Below, in pieces: positions 29,281 through 39,047 of a DNA stretch of 64,000 nucleotides. The notes under the pieces are model-generated. The model was not told where the DNA came from. It saw nothing but the letters and a program-made list of their open reading frames with translations, and made no database searches. Positions within the stretch are counted from its first letter, which is position 1, and each line of letters starts with the position of its first letter. Made by a program: the position numbers and the translations under genes. Source of the DNA: Actinomycetota bacterium (lineage in GTDB: Bacteria > Actinomycetota > Actinomycetes > Nanopelagicales > Nanopelagicaceae); the NCBI GenBank assembly GCA_041169865.1, contig JBEEIL010000056.1, forward strand, positions 1,141 through 65,140, read 5' to 3'.

Positions 29281-30765
29281 TTACTTAACCGGACCCACAA
29301 TTCGCTCTGCAGCAAGGCGACCTGAAATCAACACCATCGGAACTCCAACTCCTGGCTGGGTTCCACTTCCAGCAAAGACAACATTCTCAAAACCAGCGGC
29401 CATATTGCGAGGTCTAAATGGTCCAGTTTGGAAGAAGGTGTGAGCGCTAGCAAAGGGAGCGCCACGTTCCATTCCCTGCGCTTGCCAATCGAGGGGAGTA
29501 GTAAGAACCTCGGTCTCAATTGCATCTTCAAATCCCGTGTAACCGCGTTCTTCAAGGGTTGCAATCATCTGGTCGCGATAAGGCTTTGCCTGTTTGGTCC
29601 AATCAATATCGGCATCCAAGTTAGGGGTTGGATAGAGAATGTAATAGGACTGTTTTCCAGCAGGCGCAAGAGAAGGATCATCATGAGTTGGCACTGTGAC
29701 CAACACGGATGGATCGCTCATCAGAGTCTTCTTATTGATGAGTTCGTCAAAGACTCCATCCCAGGATTCGCCGAAGTGGATATTGTGATGAGCGATATGG
29801 TCATACTTCTTAGAAGAACCAACCAGCAAAGTTGCACACGATGGCGAATAATTTAGGCGCTTAATGTTGAGCGGAGTCCTACCTAGCAATTCGCGCCAGA
29901 CCACAGGTAGATCAGGGTTCATGACGACAACATCACACGCGATTCTTTCGCCTGTGTGAGTAAGTACCGCTTTTACACGACCGTTCTCTTTTTCCAGTCC
30001 TGTGACTGTTGTGTTGTATTTAAATTCAACGCCATGTTTCTGCGCTGCCGCTGCTAGCGCCCGAGGAACCGCATGCATACCGCCCTTTGGAAAAAAGACT
30101 CCATTGACCGAATCCATGTAGGCGATTACTGCATAAATCGCTAGCGCTTGCTGTGGGCTTACGCCTGCGTACATAGCTTGGAATGAATAAACCTTTTGCA
30201 GACGTGGATCCTTCAAATACTGATTTACCTTGGGCTGCAAGTGCCTAAACCCGCCCAAGGCTATCAAGCGCGCCAAGTTGGGAGTCAAAAGATTGAGTGG
30301 TGAGTCAATATTCTTATCAATGAAGTCATTCATTTCATACTTATAGAGCTTGGTGACAAAGTCAACGTACTTGCGATAACCAAGCGCTTCTTCGGCAGAG
30401 ACATGCGTGCGAATCTCTTCTTCCATCTGCGCTGTATTTGCATGAACATCAATCTGCGAGCCATCCGCATAGAAGGCACGATATAGAGGAGAAAGTGGCA
30501 TGAGTTCTAGCCAATCTTTCAAATCTTCGCCGACACAGCTAAATGCATCTTGAATCAGCGATGGCATAGTGAGCACAGTTGGACCAGTATCAAATGCATA
30601 GCCATCTTTGTTGAGTAGACCGTTACGTCCACCAGGAACAGATTCACGCTCCACGATTGTTACTTTGCGACCCGCACCCGCCAGCCGGAGCGCTGCGCTG
30701 AGCCCACCAAGTCCTGCGCCAACTACAACGACATGATCTGTTGGACCTTTAACTCTTCTTACCAT
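29281..30765 (-). CDS. crtI: Phytoene desaturase
   Basis: VVGAGLGGL, FDTGPT, PKGG and C-terminal QPGVGVPMVLISG; lies between crtE and crtB. Confidence 0.93.
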   Translation of the reverse strand: MVRRVKGPTDHVVVVGAGLGGLSAALRLAGAGRKVTIVERESVPGGRNGLLNKDGYAFDTGPTVLTMPSLIQDAFSCVGEDLKDWLELMPLSPLYRAFYADGSQIDVHANTAQMEEEIRTHVSAEEALGYRKYVDFVTKLYKYEMNDFIDKNIDSPLNLLTPNLARLIALGGFRHLQPKVNQYLKDPRLQKVYSFQAMYAGVSPQQALAIYAVIAYMDSVNGVFFPKGGMHAVPRALAAAAQKHGVEFKYNTTVTGLEKENGRVKAVLTHTGERIACDVVVMNPDLPVVWRELLGRTPLNIKRLNYSPSCATLLVGSSKKYDHIAHHNIHFGESWDGVFDELINKKTLMSDPSVLVTVPTHDDPSLAPAGKQSYYILYPTPNLDADIDWTKQAKPYRDQMIATLEERGYTGFEDAIETEVLTTPLDWQAQGMERGAPFASAHTFFQTGPFRPRNMAAGFENVVFAGSGTQPGVGVPMVLISGRLAAERIVGPVK

Positions 30766-31850
30766 TAGTAACTCCTACGGATTGCGGTCTCAGCAAGAGC
30801 CAAGAGAAATGGACGTGCCTGGTCATGAATTGCTGCGCTTGCTGCAGCTGATTGGGATTCTTGCGCAAGACGGTCGATTAACTGCTCCACATCCGCTACC
30901 GCGCCAGTTTCAATGATCAGCGAACGGAGTGAATCTATCTTTTCAGGTGAGAGCGCAGGATTGCCAAGATTATTTTCTAACTCAGCGCGGGCGCTTTCCT
31001 GCGCTTTCTCGAGGGTCATCGCTATTAGCACTGTGCGCTTTCCTTCACGCAAATCATCTCCAGCTGGTTTTCCAGTTGTCTCTGGATCTCCAAAGACTCC
31101 TAACAAGTCATCGCGTAACTGAAATGCTTCGCCTAGTGGAAGGCCGTACGCTGATAGGACGCTGAGGAGTTCGGAATTTTCTGACGAATCTGGTCGTGCA
31201 ATTACGGCTCCTAGATGTAGTGGTCGCTCAATTGTGTACTTTCCAGATTTATATCGCGCGATACGCAATGAACGTTCCACGCTATATTCGCGTTCACCAG
31301 CTTCGCGAACATCAAGGTATTGACCAGCCATTAATTCGATACGCATCTCATCATGTATGCGTAACGCAGCTGAAAGTGATGATGGGGTGATACCAGAGTT
31401 GTGCAACATGTGATCAGACCAGACCAGCGCCAAATCTCCCAAGAGAACCGCTGCTGCCTCACCAAATTGTTCTGCGCTTCCAGCCATGCTGCCTTTGCGA
31501 TGTAGATTTTCAAAGTGGCGATGAATTGCTGGCTTGCCGCGACGGGTATCAGATCCATCCATTAAATCATCGTGTATGAGTGCGCAAGCTTGTAAAAGTT
31601 CAAGGCTTGCCATGGCGCGAATTTCAGATTTACCCGGTGTAAGTCCAGCTGCAATGTATCCGGCATATGCAAAGAGTGGGCGAAGTCGCTTACCGCCTTC
31701 GAGCAAGTAATCTTCTAGAGCATCACAGACAGGAACCATCTCAGATGCGATATTGGTCAGATAGGTGCGCTGGTCTTGCAGATAATGGCGTAGCTCTTCT
31801 TTGACAGCATCGCGCACCGCTGTTGCGCTATTGGAGAGCTCTTTATCCAC
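30765..31850 (-). CDS. crtE: Geranylgeranyl diphosphate synthase
   Basis: GGKRLRP, LIHDDLMD (FARM), GQYLD, FQLRDD (SARM) and DLREGKRT. Confidence 0.92.
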   Translation of the reverse strand: MDKELSNSATAVRDAVKEELRHYLQDQRTYLTNIASEMVPVCDALEDYLLEGGKRLRPLFAYAGYIAAGLTPGKSEIRAMASLELLQACALIHDDLMDGSDTRRGKPAIHRHFENLHRKGSMAGSAEQFGEAAAVLLGDLALVWSDHMLHNSGITPSSLSAALRIHDEMRIELMAGQYLDVREAGEREYSVERSLRIARYKSGKYTIERPLHLGAVIARPDSSENSELLSVLSAYGLPLGEAFQLRDDLLGVFGDPETTGKPAGDDLREGKRTVLIAMTLEKAQESARAELENNLGNPALSPEKIDSLRSLIIETGAVADVEQLIDRLAQESQSAAASAAIHDQARPFLLALAETAIRRSY

Positions 31851-31872
31851 GGAGAAAAGGTACCCTGACGCA

Positions 31873-32742
31873 GTGGAGATGCGCAGTCTGAAGAATCAAC
31901 TGACCTACTCCTTTGAGTTTTTCCCTCCTAAAGATGTAGAGGGTGAAGAACGTCTCTGGACTGCGATGTCACAACTTGAATCAATTGCCCCTGATTTCAT
32001 ATCTGTGACCTATGGCGCAGGTGGTTCCACGAGAGATCGCACAATTCGCATTACCTCCGAAATTACTGCTCGTACGAGCATTCCAACAGTTGCACATTTG
32101 ACCTGTATCGGTTCTACTCGTGATGAATTGTTGGAAATACTTTCAAAGTATCGTGAAGCTGGAATTAAAAGCATCTTGGCGTTGCGCGGAGATCCAACCG
32201 GTGGACCACGAGCTCCATGGGTGGCAACGCCGGGGGGCCTCAGCCATGCTGACGAATTAGTAACGCTCGCAGCTGAATTTGGGGGATTCACAATCGGAGT
32301 AGCTGCTTTTCCAGATGGTCATCCCGCATCTGGCGATGATTTTTCACGTGATGTCGATGTACTCATTGAGAAAGAACGCAGGGGTGCGACTTTTGCAACA
32401 ACCCAATTCTTTTTTGAAGCCGAAAAATGGAAATCTTTAGTGGATAAATTGTCCGCTAAAGGTTCATCTCTGCCAATCATTCCAGGAATTTTGCCCGTCA
32501 CTAATGTCAAACAACTTAATCGTATGGCCGAGTTAAGTGGCACTCCAATTCCCGCACATGTTTCAGCAGCCTTTGCAAAGTACGAAAACAGCCCCGAAGA
32601 TGTTCGTAAGTTGGGTGTTGAAATTGCCACCAAACTCTGCCAAGAATTGCTTGAAGCTGGCGCACCAGGACTTCACTTCTACACAATGAATACCTCGACG
32701 GCGACCCGCGAGATTTACTCCCAGCTCAAAGACCTGCGGTAA
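31873..32742 (+). CDS. metF: 5,10-methylenetetrahydrofolate reductase
   Basis: SFEFFPPK, SVTYGAGGS, HLTC, ALRGD, TQFFF and HFYTMN; start GTG 31873 or ATG 31879. Confidence 0.93.
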   Translation: MEMRSLKNQLTYSFEFFPPKDVEGEERLWTAMSQLESIAPDFISVTYGAGGSTRDRTIRITSEITARTSIPTVAHLTCIGSTRDELLEILSKYREAGIKSILALRGDPTGGPRAPWVATPGGLSHADELVTLAAEFGGFTIGVAAFPDGHPASGDDFSRDVDVLIEKERRGATFATTQFFFEAEKWKSLVDKLSAKGSSLPIIPGILPVTNVKQLNRMAELSGTPIPAHVSAAFAKYENSPEDVRKLGVEIATKLCQELLEAGAPGLHFYTMNTSTATREIYSQLKDLR

Positions 32743-32747
32743 ATCAG

Positions 32748-33371
32748 ATGGCGCTGACCGAGAAAGAATTTAGAGAGAGATGGAGCATTCTCCATGGGGG
32801 CGCTGAAATCAAAGGCGTTGTTGCAGGGTGGCTTTCGCTTTCATATCAGGCAGCGCGTGTGTGCACTGCACTTCGCATAACCCCAAATTTTCTGACATTA
32901 CTGGGATTGCTGACAGCGTTCGCCATGGCTTTCTCAACCTATGCTGCGATTGCACTGCTTTTACTCGTTGTTTCACTCTTCTTTGACGGAATAGATGGAA
33001 GTGTTGCAATAATTCAAGAACGAGACAGTCAGTGGGGTGAACTTCTTGATTCACTCGCCGATCGCGTCTCTGAAGCGCTGTGGCTCTATATGGGTTGGAG
33101 AATTGGAATCCCTGCCTGGTTGGCAATCACAATGTGGATGGTGGCTTCAGTTCAAGAATATGCACGAGCTCGCATGGCTTCTCTTGGCCATCACGAAGTT
33201 GGAGTGGTCACAATTACTGAAAGGCCAGTCCGTGCAATCTTTATGGCTTTTGCTCTGATCTTCTATATCTTTGATATTCCTGGATTGCTAGTGCTGTCAT
33301 ACGGCTTCTTAGCGATGTTGCTCTGGAGTTTTGGGCAACTGATGAAGGTTATCTTTCTAAAATTGCGTTAG
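32748..33371 (+). CDS. CDP-alcohol phosphatidyltransferase family protein
   Basis: TPNFLT; DGIDGSVA...WGELLDSLADR signature. Confidence 0.88.
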   Translation: MALTEKEFRERWSILHGGAEIKGVVAGWLSLSYQAARVCTALRITPNFLTLLGLLTAFAMAFSTYAAIALLLLVVSLFFDGIDGSVAIIQERDSQWGELLDSLADRVSEALWLYMGWRIGIPAWLAITMWMVASVQEYARARMASLGHHEVGVVTITERPVRAIFMAFALIFYIFDIPGLLVLSYGFLAMLLWSFGQLMKVIFLKLR

Positions 33372-34860
33372 CCACAATTTCTGCACTAAGTCCTACAAGC
33401 GGAAGTCCGCCGCCGGGATGGGCAGAACCACCAACGAGATAGAGCCCCTGTATTGGAGAGCGATTCTTTGCTCGTGAGAATGCCGAACGAGCGCCATTGC
33501 TAGAAGTTCCATAAATCGAACCGCCAGGTGCGTGGACTGAATTCTGTAGATCAAGAGGTGTGCGAACCTCCAAAACTTCTAAACGTTCACGAATAGAAAT
33601 TCCACGCTCTTCAATCTGATCAATGATGCTATTGGCATATTGCTGTACAAAATCTTTATCGCTCCAATTGAAACCATCACCTTGAGCACTGTGGCGAGGA
33701 GCATTGACGAGAACAAACCATGCTTCGTGGCCGGAATCTTTAACCATCAAAGGATCTTGAGGAGCGCAAATATAGATAGTGGGCTTTTCTACAGGGGTCT
33801 TTGTTGTAAAGATTGACTCAAACTCAGCATCGTAGTTTTCTGGAAATAAAATAGTGTGGTGCGATAGTGCTGGCGCTGAGCTGGGTTTAAGCCCTAATAG
33901 CAGTGAAAAACCGGCAAGAGAAGGTTCAGATTTTGCAAGCGCGCGAGCCAACTTTTTGGCAGTGCGATTTCCAGGTAGCAATTCTTTGTAGAGGATTTGG
34001 GCATCGATATTTGCGACTACTCGATCGAAGCGGCGTTTCTGCCCATCGACGATGATGCCGTTGATGCGATTACCATCGTAGGTAATCTCTGAAACGTAGG
34101 CGTTGAGATTGATTGTGACACCCAATTTTTCGCAGCGCTCAGTTATTTTCTCCGCTAATGTCCCAATACCACCCTTGATATGCCAAGCGCCAAAGGCCTC
34201 TTCGACAAAGGCAATTGTAGAAAGTACTGCTGGTGCGAATCGGGGATCAGAACCACTGTATGTTGCGTAGCGATCCATGATCTTTGCAAGATACGGACTG
34301 TGCAGATTGAGATCGCGTAGTGATTTCCATGGTGCGATAGTAAGTAGATCACGAAGAACTCGTGGGCGTCGCAAGAGCGAGAGCGGAGATTTCAACTCCG
34401 ATTCAACAAAGGGTTCACGCGAAACATCCCACATTGACTCGGCGCGCAACATGGCGCGCTCCCATTCTGCAGCGCTGGTATCACCAAATGACTGCGCGAT
34501 TGCTGCCAAAGTTTTCTTCCGTGACAAGTTGGCAAATTTAACCGACTTGCCATCGTGGAATCGATAATCGAAGGAAGGGTTTACTTCTTCAATCTCCAGA
34601 ATTCTCCCCATTACATCGCCAGTGCGTTGGAAAAAATCTCGATATACAGCAGGCAGGGTCAAGAGTGATGGGCCGGTATCAAATGCGTATCGACCAATCC
34701 ACTCGGTACGGCATTTTCCACCGGTTCGATTGGATGCCTCAAATATTGTGACGCGATGACCAGCTTTTGCTAACCGTGCAGCGGTGCAGAGTCCGCCGAT
34801 TCCTGCACCAATTACCGCAATCTCTTCTGGGTGAGCCACTTTCCCTACATGGCCAGTCAT
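33349..34860 (-). CDS. CrtI/CrtD-family carotenoid desaturase (second paralog)
   Basis: VIGAGIGGL, FDTGPSL, RYATYSGSDP and HPGGGLP. Confidence 0.85.
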   Translation of the reverse strand: MTGHVGKVAHPEEIAVIGAGIGGLCTAARLAKAGHRVTIFEASNRTGGKCRTEWIGRYAFDTGPSLLTLPAVYRDFFQRTGDVMGRILEIEEVNPSFDYRFHDGKSVKFANLSRKKTLAAIAQSFGDTSAAEWERAMLRAESMWDVSREPFVESELKSPLSLLRRPRVLRDLLTIAPWKSLRDLNLHSPYLAKIMDRYATYSGSDPRFAPAVLSTIAFVEEAFGAWHIKGGIGTLAEKITERCEKLGVTINLNAYVSEITYDGNRINGIIVDGQKRRFDRVVANIDAQILYKELLPGNRTAKKLARALAKSEPSLAGFSLLLGLKPSSAPALSHHTILFPENYDAEFESIFTTKTPVEKPTIYICAPQDPLMVKDSGHEAWFVLVNAPRHSAQGDGFNWSDKDFVQQYANSIIDQIEERGISIRERLEVLEVRTPLDLQNSVHAPGGSIYGTSSNGARSAFSRAKNRSPIQGLYLVGGSAHPGGGLPLVGLSAEIVANAILER

Positions 34861-35930
34861 ACAGTGCGACCCTTCCACTGGACTTTTCCACGCTTGCTCC
34901 ATGAATAAATAATGAGATAGATCAACAGAGCGGAAGAAAGTGGGTGCAAAAAGGCGTAGAGCGGATTACTGCGAGAACGGAGCGCACTTAATTCACGGGT
35001 AAAAACTGATAGCAGGTAAGTAACAATGCCAACAACATATCCATTGAGGGCAAGAATGAGAGGGTAGATGCCAATTGCAAAGATAATGGCGATTGCAATC
35101 AATGAACCAATTGGTCCTCCAAATGCTTTCCACAGAGATTTGCTATAGCCATTTCGAAGTTCGCTCAATGATGAGTACATACGAGTTTGAGCAATCGCCG
35201 AGCCCTCGGTCACAACCCCGCGGAATCCATGACCAACCAAGGTTCGAGCAATTTCAATATCATCGAGAATTTTCTTTGACACTGAAGTGAATCCATCAAC
35301 GATATCAAGAGCTTCTTTGCGCACCACAAAGAATTGTCCATTTGCAATTGCAGTGGATCGAACTGGAAACCTTTCAACCAGTCTCAGGACCACGGTGCTC
35401 ATCCATGACCAATGTAAGAGTGGCTGCACGAGCTTCTCGCCAAAGGTCCCAGCAACCTGTTTGGGATACGGCGAGACAAAATCTAAAGAGAGGTCTTTCA
35501 ACTGGTTGATTGCTCGCGCCAAGGCTCTGGGCTTGAGGCGAACATCGGCATCAATATTTACCAAGATTTCAGAGTCCGCTGCTTCATAACCAGCCTGAAG
35601 CGCAGAGACCTTTCCTAACCAACCCGAATGGAGCGCAGGGGAGTCGATGATGTGGAAGCGAGAGTCTCCGGATGTAGAACGCTTGAGAAGCTCAAGGGTT
35701 GAATCGGTTGAAGAATCATTGACGATGATAAAGCGCAAGCGCTCAATGCCTATCTGTTCCCTTAAGGATGCAATACAGTCCGCAACGTTTTCAGCTTCAT
35801 TACGCATGGGAACAATGACGGTTACTGACTCATTAATGACATCATCATTTTCTGGTCTGCGAATGGTGACAAAATTAACGACGCAGATAAGAAAGGTGAC
35901 AAATACCAGCAGAATAGCTATTGAGGACAT
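34857..35930 (-). CDS. GT2 carotenoid glycosyltransferase (CruG/CrtQ-like)
   Basis: VPMRNE, GWLGK, DAD, ANGQF and RMY motifs; carotenoid gene context. Confidence 0.82.
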   Translation of the reverse strand: MSSIAILLVFVTFLICVVNFVTIRRPENDDVINESVTVIVPMRNEAENVADCIASLREQIGIERLRFIIVNDSSTDSTLELLKRSTSGDSRFHIIDSPALHSGWLGKVSALQAGYEAADSEILVNIDADVRLKPRALARAINQLKDLSLDFVSPYPKQVAGTFGEKLVQPLLHWSWMSTVVLRLVERFPVRSTAIANGQFFVVRKEALDIVDGFTSVSKKILDDIEIARTLVGHGFRGVVTEGSAIAQTRMYSSLSELRNGYSKSLWKAFGGPIGSLIAIAIIFAIGIYPLILALNGYVVGIVTYLLSVFTRELSALRSRSNPLYAFLHPLSSALLIYLIIYSWSKRGKVQWKGRTV

Positions 35931-35933
35931 CAA

Positions 35934-36740
35934 CTATTCTTTACTGCCTAACCAACTTGAGAAAAAGTAAGGCGTCAAAAGCGATCCCATAATTACGCCA
36001 GCGAATATCGCGAGCCCGGGGCGATCAAAGAAGAATAAATTACCAACGACCCCTCCGAAGAGAGTCCACAGTAAAAGCGCATCCACCGCGCGCAGCGATG
36101 CGCCTTCTTTGCGACGTTCGCGGGGAAGCACTCTATTTAAGAGGCCGGAAATGAAAACTCCAGCTAAGAGCCAACCAAATGGATTGGATAGTGGAATGTC
36201 AGGAGTAAATGGTGCATGAGCCCCCGTTACTTCCCATGTCCAACGTCCAGCCGCAACCATCTGAGGATCAAGAAAAAGATCCCACGCCATGAGTAGCGCA
36301 CCACCATAAAGAAATACCCAATTTCCTGCGATGCGGCGAGCAGCGCAGAGACATGGGTGAACCATCATGACCCACGCGCATGGAACAACAAGAGGCACTC
36401 CAAAAAGTTGCGGACCCAACGATGCGTCGTATTCATAAACGCCAAATGGCCAACCGGTATGAACGCCCAGCGCTTCAACTCCAAGTCCAAATGCGTAGGT
36501 AATAGGCAGATAGCGTGACGAGTATTTGAATCCGTAACTGAAATGTCCATGAAGAACCATTGCTATTGCACAGACAATTACAGTCGCAATTGTGACCAAT
36601 CGAAGCGGTTCACCATCAATCAGTGGATAAGAAATCTGGAGAAGAATCGTCACGCCTACAAAAGTTGCTAAGAGATTGCGAGCTTTAGGGGAGATGCCAC
36701 TGCGACGCCTGCGACGCGGGTTGTAGTGGCGAATTGACAT
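35934..36740 (-). CDS. cruF: CruF-like carotenoid 1',2'-hydratase (carotenoid biosynthesis membrane protein)
   Basis: EALGVHTGWPFG.Y.Y, VPL.V..AW, WDLFLDP and PLSNPFGW motifs. Confidence 0.82.
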   Translation of the reverse strand: MSIRHYNPRRRRRSGISPKARNLLATFVGVTILLQISYPLIDGEPLRLVTIATVIVCAIAMVLHGHFSYGFKYSSRYLPITYAFGLGVEALGVHTGWPFGVYEYDASLGPQLFGVPLVVPCAWVMMVHPCLCAARRIAGNWVFLYGGALLMAWDLFLDPQMVAAGRWTWEVTGAHAPFTPDIPLSNPFGWLLAGVFISGLLNRVLPRERRKEGASLRAVDALLLWTLFGGVVGNLFFFDRPGLAIFAGVIMGSLLTPYFFSSWLGSKE

Positions 36741-36754
36741 GGGCTAAGTCTGCC

Positions 36755-37453
36755 CTAATTCGCTACTTTCTTAATAATTGAGCCTCGCGTCTCGAGGATT
36801 TCAAAGCGTGCAAATAACTCTTCGCTATACCAACCGATCTCGGTGGTTTGTCTGATTGCTTCTTGATGAGCCTGCCCTTTGTAGGCAAAGTCGCGGATCG
36901 CCTTTGATGATTCCCAGATTGAAAAAGTTCCTTGCAATCCAATTGGCGCTTCGCCGATTCCGATAGCTGTGATTAATCCTGGAGCAGAGTGCAAATCAGA
37001 AACAACCGGAGGTACAGCCTTCCAAAAACGAACATTATGGTTCCATTTAATTCGCGCACGAGTGATTGCCGCAATCTGTGCATCGGGGCTACTCAAAGTA
37101 TTAGTAGGGGAGAAAGGTTCGCGCTTTGACCATTGGCCGTGAGATGAAATTGGCGACATAACGGCGCGAAACTCTGATGTCGACCGCTTACGCCAAGACT
37201 TGATAATGGAAGATTCATCGAAGGCAGCTAGACGATTTTTATCAATCACTACCACCATGCCCCATTGCAGCACGTCTGCATCGCTGGGAGTGAAGGTTGC
37301 ACCGGTGCCCGTGCCAAGTAACTTGGAAAATGAAATCCCGGTGAACTTTCGGCTACGCAAGCGATCTATTGCCATACTCCAGAAGGCGAAGGGAATATTC
37401 TTGCGTTGAATCGAGAAAAAGTAGGCGACGGTGATGTTGGCGGCGCTTTCCAT
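36755..37453 (-). CDS. crtA: CrtA-like (spheroidene monooxygenase family) carotenoid oxygenase
   Basis: FSKLLGTG.G.TF, HGQW, ITRARI, GIGEAP..LQGTFSIW and ELFARF; start at ATG 37453. Confidence 0.8.
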   Translation of the reverse strand: MESAANITVAYFFSIQRKNIPFAFWSMAIDRLRSRKFTGISFSKLLGTGTGATFTPSDADVLQWGMVVVIDKNRLAAFDESSIIKSWRKRSTSEFRAVMSPISSHGQWSKREPFSPTNTLSSPDAQIAAITRARIKWNHNVRFWKAVPPVVSDLHSAPGLITAIGIGEAPIGLQGTFSIWESSKAIRDFAYKGQAHQEAIRQTTEIGWYSEELFARFEILETRGSIIKKVAN

Positions 37454-37468
37454 AGTTAAAGGATACCC

Positions 37469-38125
37469 ATGCTGAAGAAGAAGTTGTTTGCAGAGTTTCT
37501 CGGGACAGGGACTCTTGTAGCCACAGTTGTGGGTTCTGGAATCATGGCTGCCAACATCAGTACAGATATCGGGATTCAACTAGTTATCAACACCATTGCT
37601 ACAGTTTTTGTACTCTACATTCTAATTACTCTGCTTTCGCCAATAAGCGGCGCCCATTTCAACCCACTTGTCAGTGGAATTTCGTTCTTCCGCAAAGAAC
37701 TCACTCTGTCGCAAACCTTGTGGTTTTTCTGTGCCCAAATTATTGGTGGATTTTCTGGAACAGTTTTGGCTAATCTCATGTTTGAGCTGCCAGCACTTGA
37801 TCCATCGCAGAAAGTCAGAGACGGGAACCATCTACTTCTCGGAGAAGTTATCGCATCTGCAGGTCTCATTTTCATTATTTTTCTAGCTGTGAAGCAGGGA
37901 ATAGACAAGAAGATTCCACGCCTAGTCGCAGCCTGGATTGGCGCCGCATACTTCTTTACCTCTTCAACTTCTTTTGCCAACCCTGCAGTGACAATTGCGA
38001 GAAGTTTTTCTAATTCATTCTCTGGCATTGATATTCAATCCGTCCCAGCATTTATTGCTGCGCAAATTATTGGAGCGACTCTTGGTTATATTTCTTTCAA
38101 ATTTCTCACATCAAAATCTAGGTAA
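37469..38125 (+). CDS. MIP/aquaporin family channel (AqpS-like arsenite channel)
   Basis: AEFLGT, SGAHFNPL and SFANPAVT; adjacent to arsC. Confidence 0.85.
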   Translation: MLKKKLFAEFLGTGTLVATVVGSGIMAANISTDIGIQLVINTIATVFVLYILITLLSPISGAHFNPLVSGISFFRKELTLSQTLWFFCAQIIGGFSGTVLANLMFELPALDPSQKVRDGNHLLLGEVIASAGLIFIIFLAVKQGIDKKIPRLVAAWIGAAYFFTSSTSFANPAVTIARSFSNSFSGIDIQSVPAFIAAQIIGATLGYISFKFLTSKSR

Positions 38126-38134
38126 GGACAATAA

Positions 38135-38533
38135 ATGAGCAAGCCAACCGTTCTCTTCGTATGTGTTCACAATGCGGGTCGTTCGCAGATGGCAGCAGGT
38201 TTCATGCGCGAGCTTGGTAAGGGGCGCGTTGAGGTTCTCTCTGCAGGTTCTGCGCCGAAAGATTCCATCAATCCTGTTGCAGTTGAAGCTATGGCTGAAA
38301 TCGGCATAGATATTGCCAACAACACTCCCAAGGTATTAACACCAGAGGCGGTACAACAATCAGATGCGGTGATCACTATGGGTTGCGGCGATGCCTGCCC
38401 GTTCTATCCAGGAAAGCGATATGAAGATTGGGTTCTTGAAGATCCTGCGGGACAGGGAATTGAATCAGTTCGCGTAATTCGCGATGAGATCAAAGGTCGC
38501 GTTGAAAAGCTTCTCGCTGAGTTGCTTGCTTAG
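38135..38533 (+). CDS. arsC: Arsenate reductase (LMW-PTP fold)
   Basis: FVCVHNAGRSQMA P-loop, MGCGDACP and DPAG. Confidence 0.9.
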   Translation: MSKPTVLFVCVHNAGRSQMAAGFMRELGKGRVEVLSAGSAPKDSINPVAVEAMAEIGIDIANNTPKVLTPEAVQQSDAVITMGCGDACPFYPGKRYEDWVLEDPAGQGIESVRVIRDEIKGRVEKLLAELLA

Positions 38534-39018
38534 TCACCCACAACCATAGGCGTTGCGCCTGTACACGATTTGAGTTCTTCAAAACTTGTTGGATACACCG
38601 CATGCGGGTGTCCGGATGCAGCCCAGACAATTTCGTAGTCGTTGAGCGCCTCGTCTATTAGCGTTATCTCTGGTTTTGATATCCATCCAATAGGAGATAC
38701 GCCACCTACAGAATATCCAGAAACCTCTTTTACATAGTTGGCATCTGCACGGCCAAGTTCTGCAATTCCTAAATTCTTAGCCACAAGATCAGTATCTACG
38801 CGATGGCGACCGCTGGTGATGATAAGCAGCGGATTTCCTGATGGAAGCCTGAAGATGAGTGATGATGCGATCTGACCAACTTCAATCCCAAGCCCGTTAG
38901 CGGCATCAACGGCCGTGCGTGCTGTGTCTGCAAGAATGTTGATTTCACCCTTTACTCCAAGAGCAGTGGCAGCCTCTTGAAAACGTCTGACTGCTGCCTT
39001 CTCCAGAATTCCATCCAT
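38530..39018 (-). CDS. YbaK/EbsC aminoacyl-tRNA editing protein
   Basis: TA.DAA..LG...GQIA; GY.VGGVSP; WAASG. Confidence 0.85.
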   Translation of the reverse strand: MDGILEKAAVRRFQEAATALGVKGEINILADTARTAVDAANGLGIEVGQIASSLIFRLPSGNPLLIITSGRHRVDTDLVAKNLGIAELGRADANYVKEVSGYSVGGVSPIGWISKPEITLIDEALNDYEIVWAASGHPHAVYPTSFEELKSCTGATPMVVGD

Positions 39019-39047
39019 ATGCGAACTTTATGAGATAGCGTCGCTCC

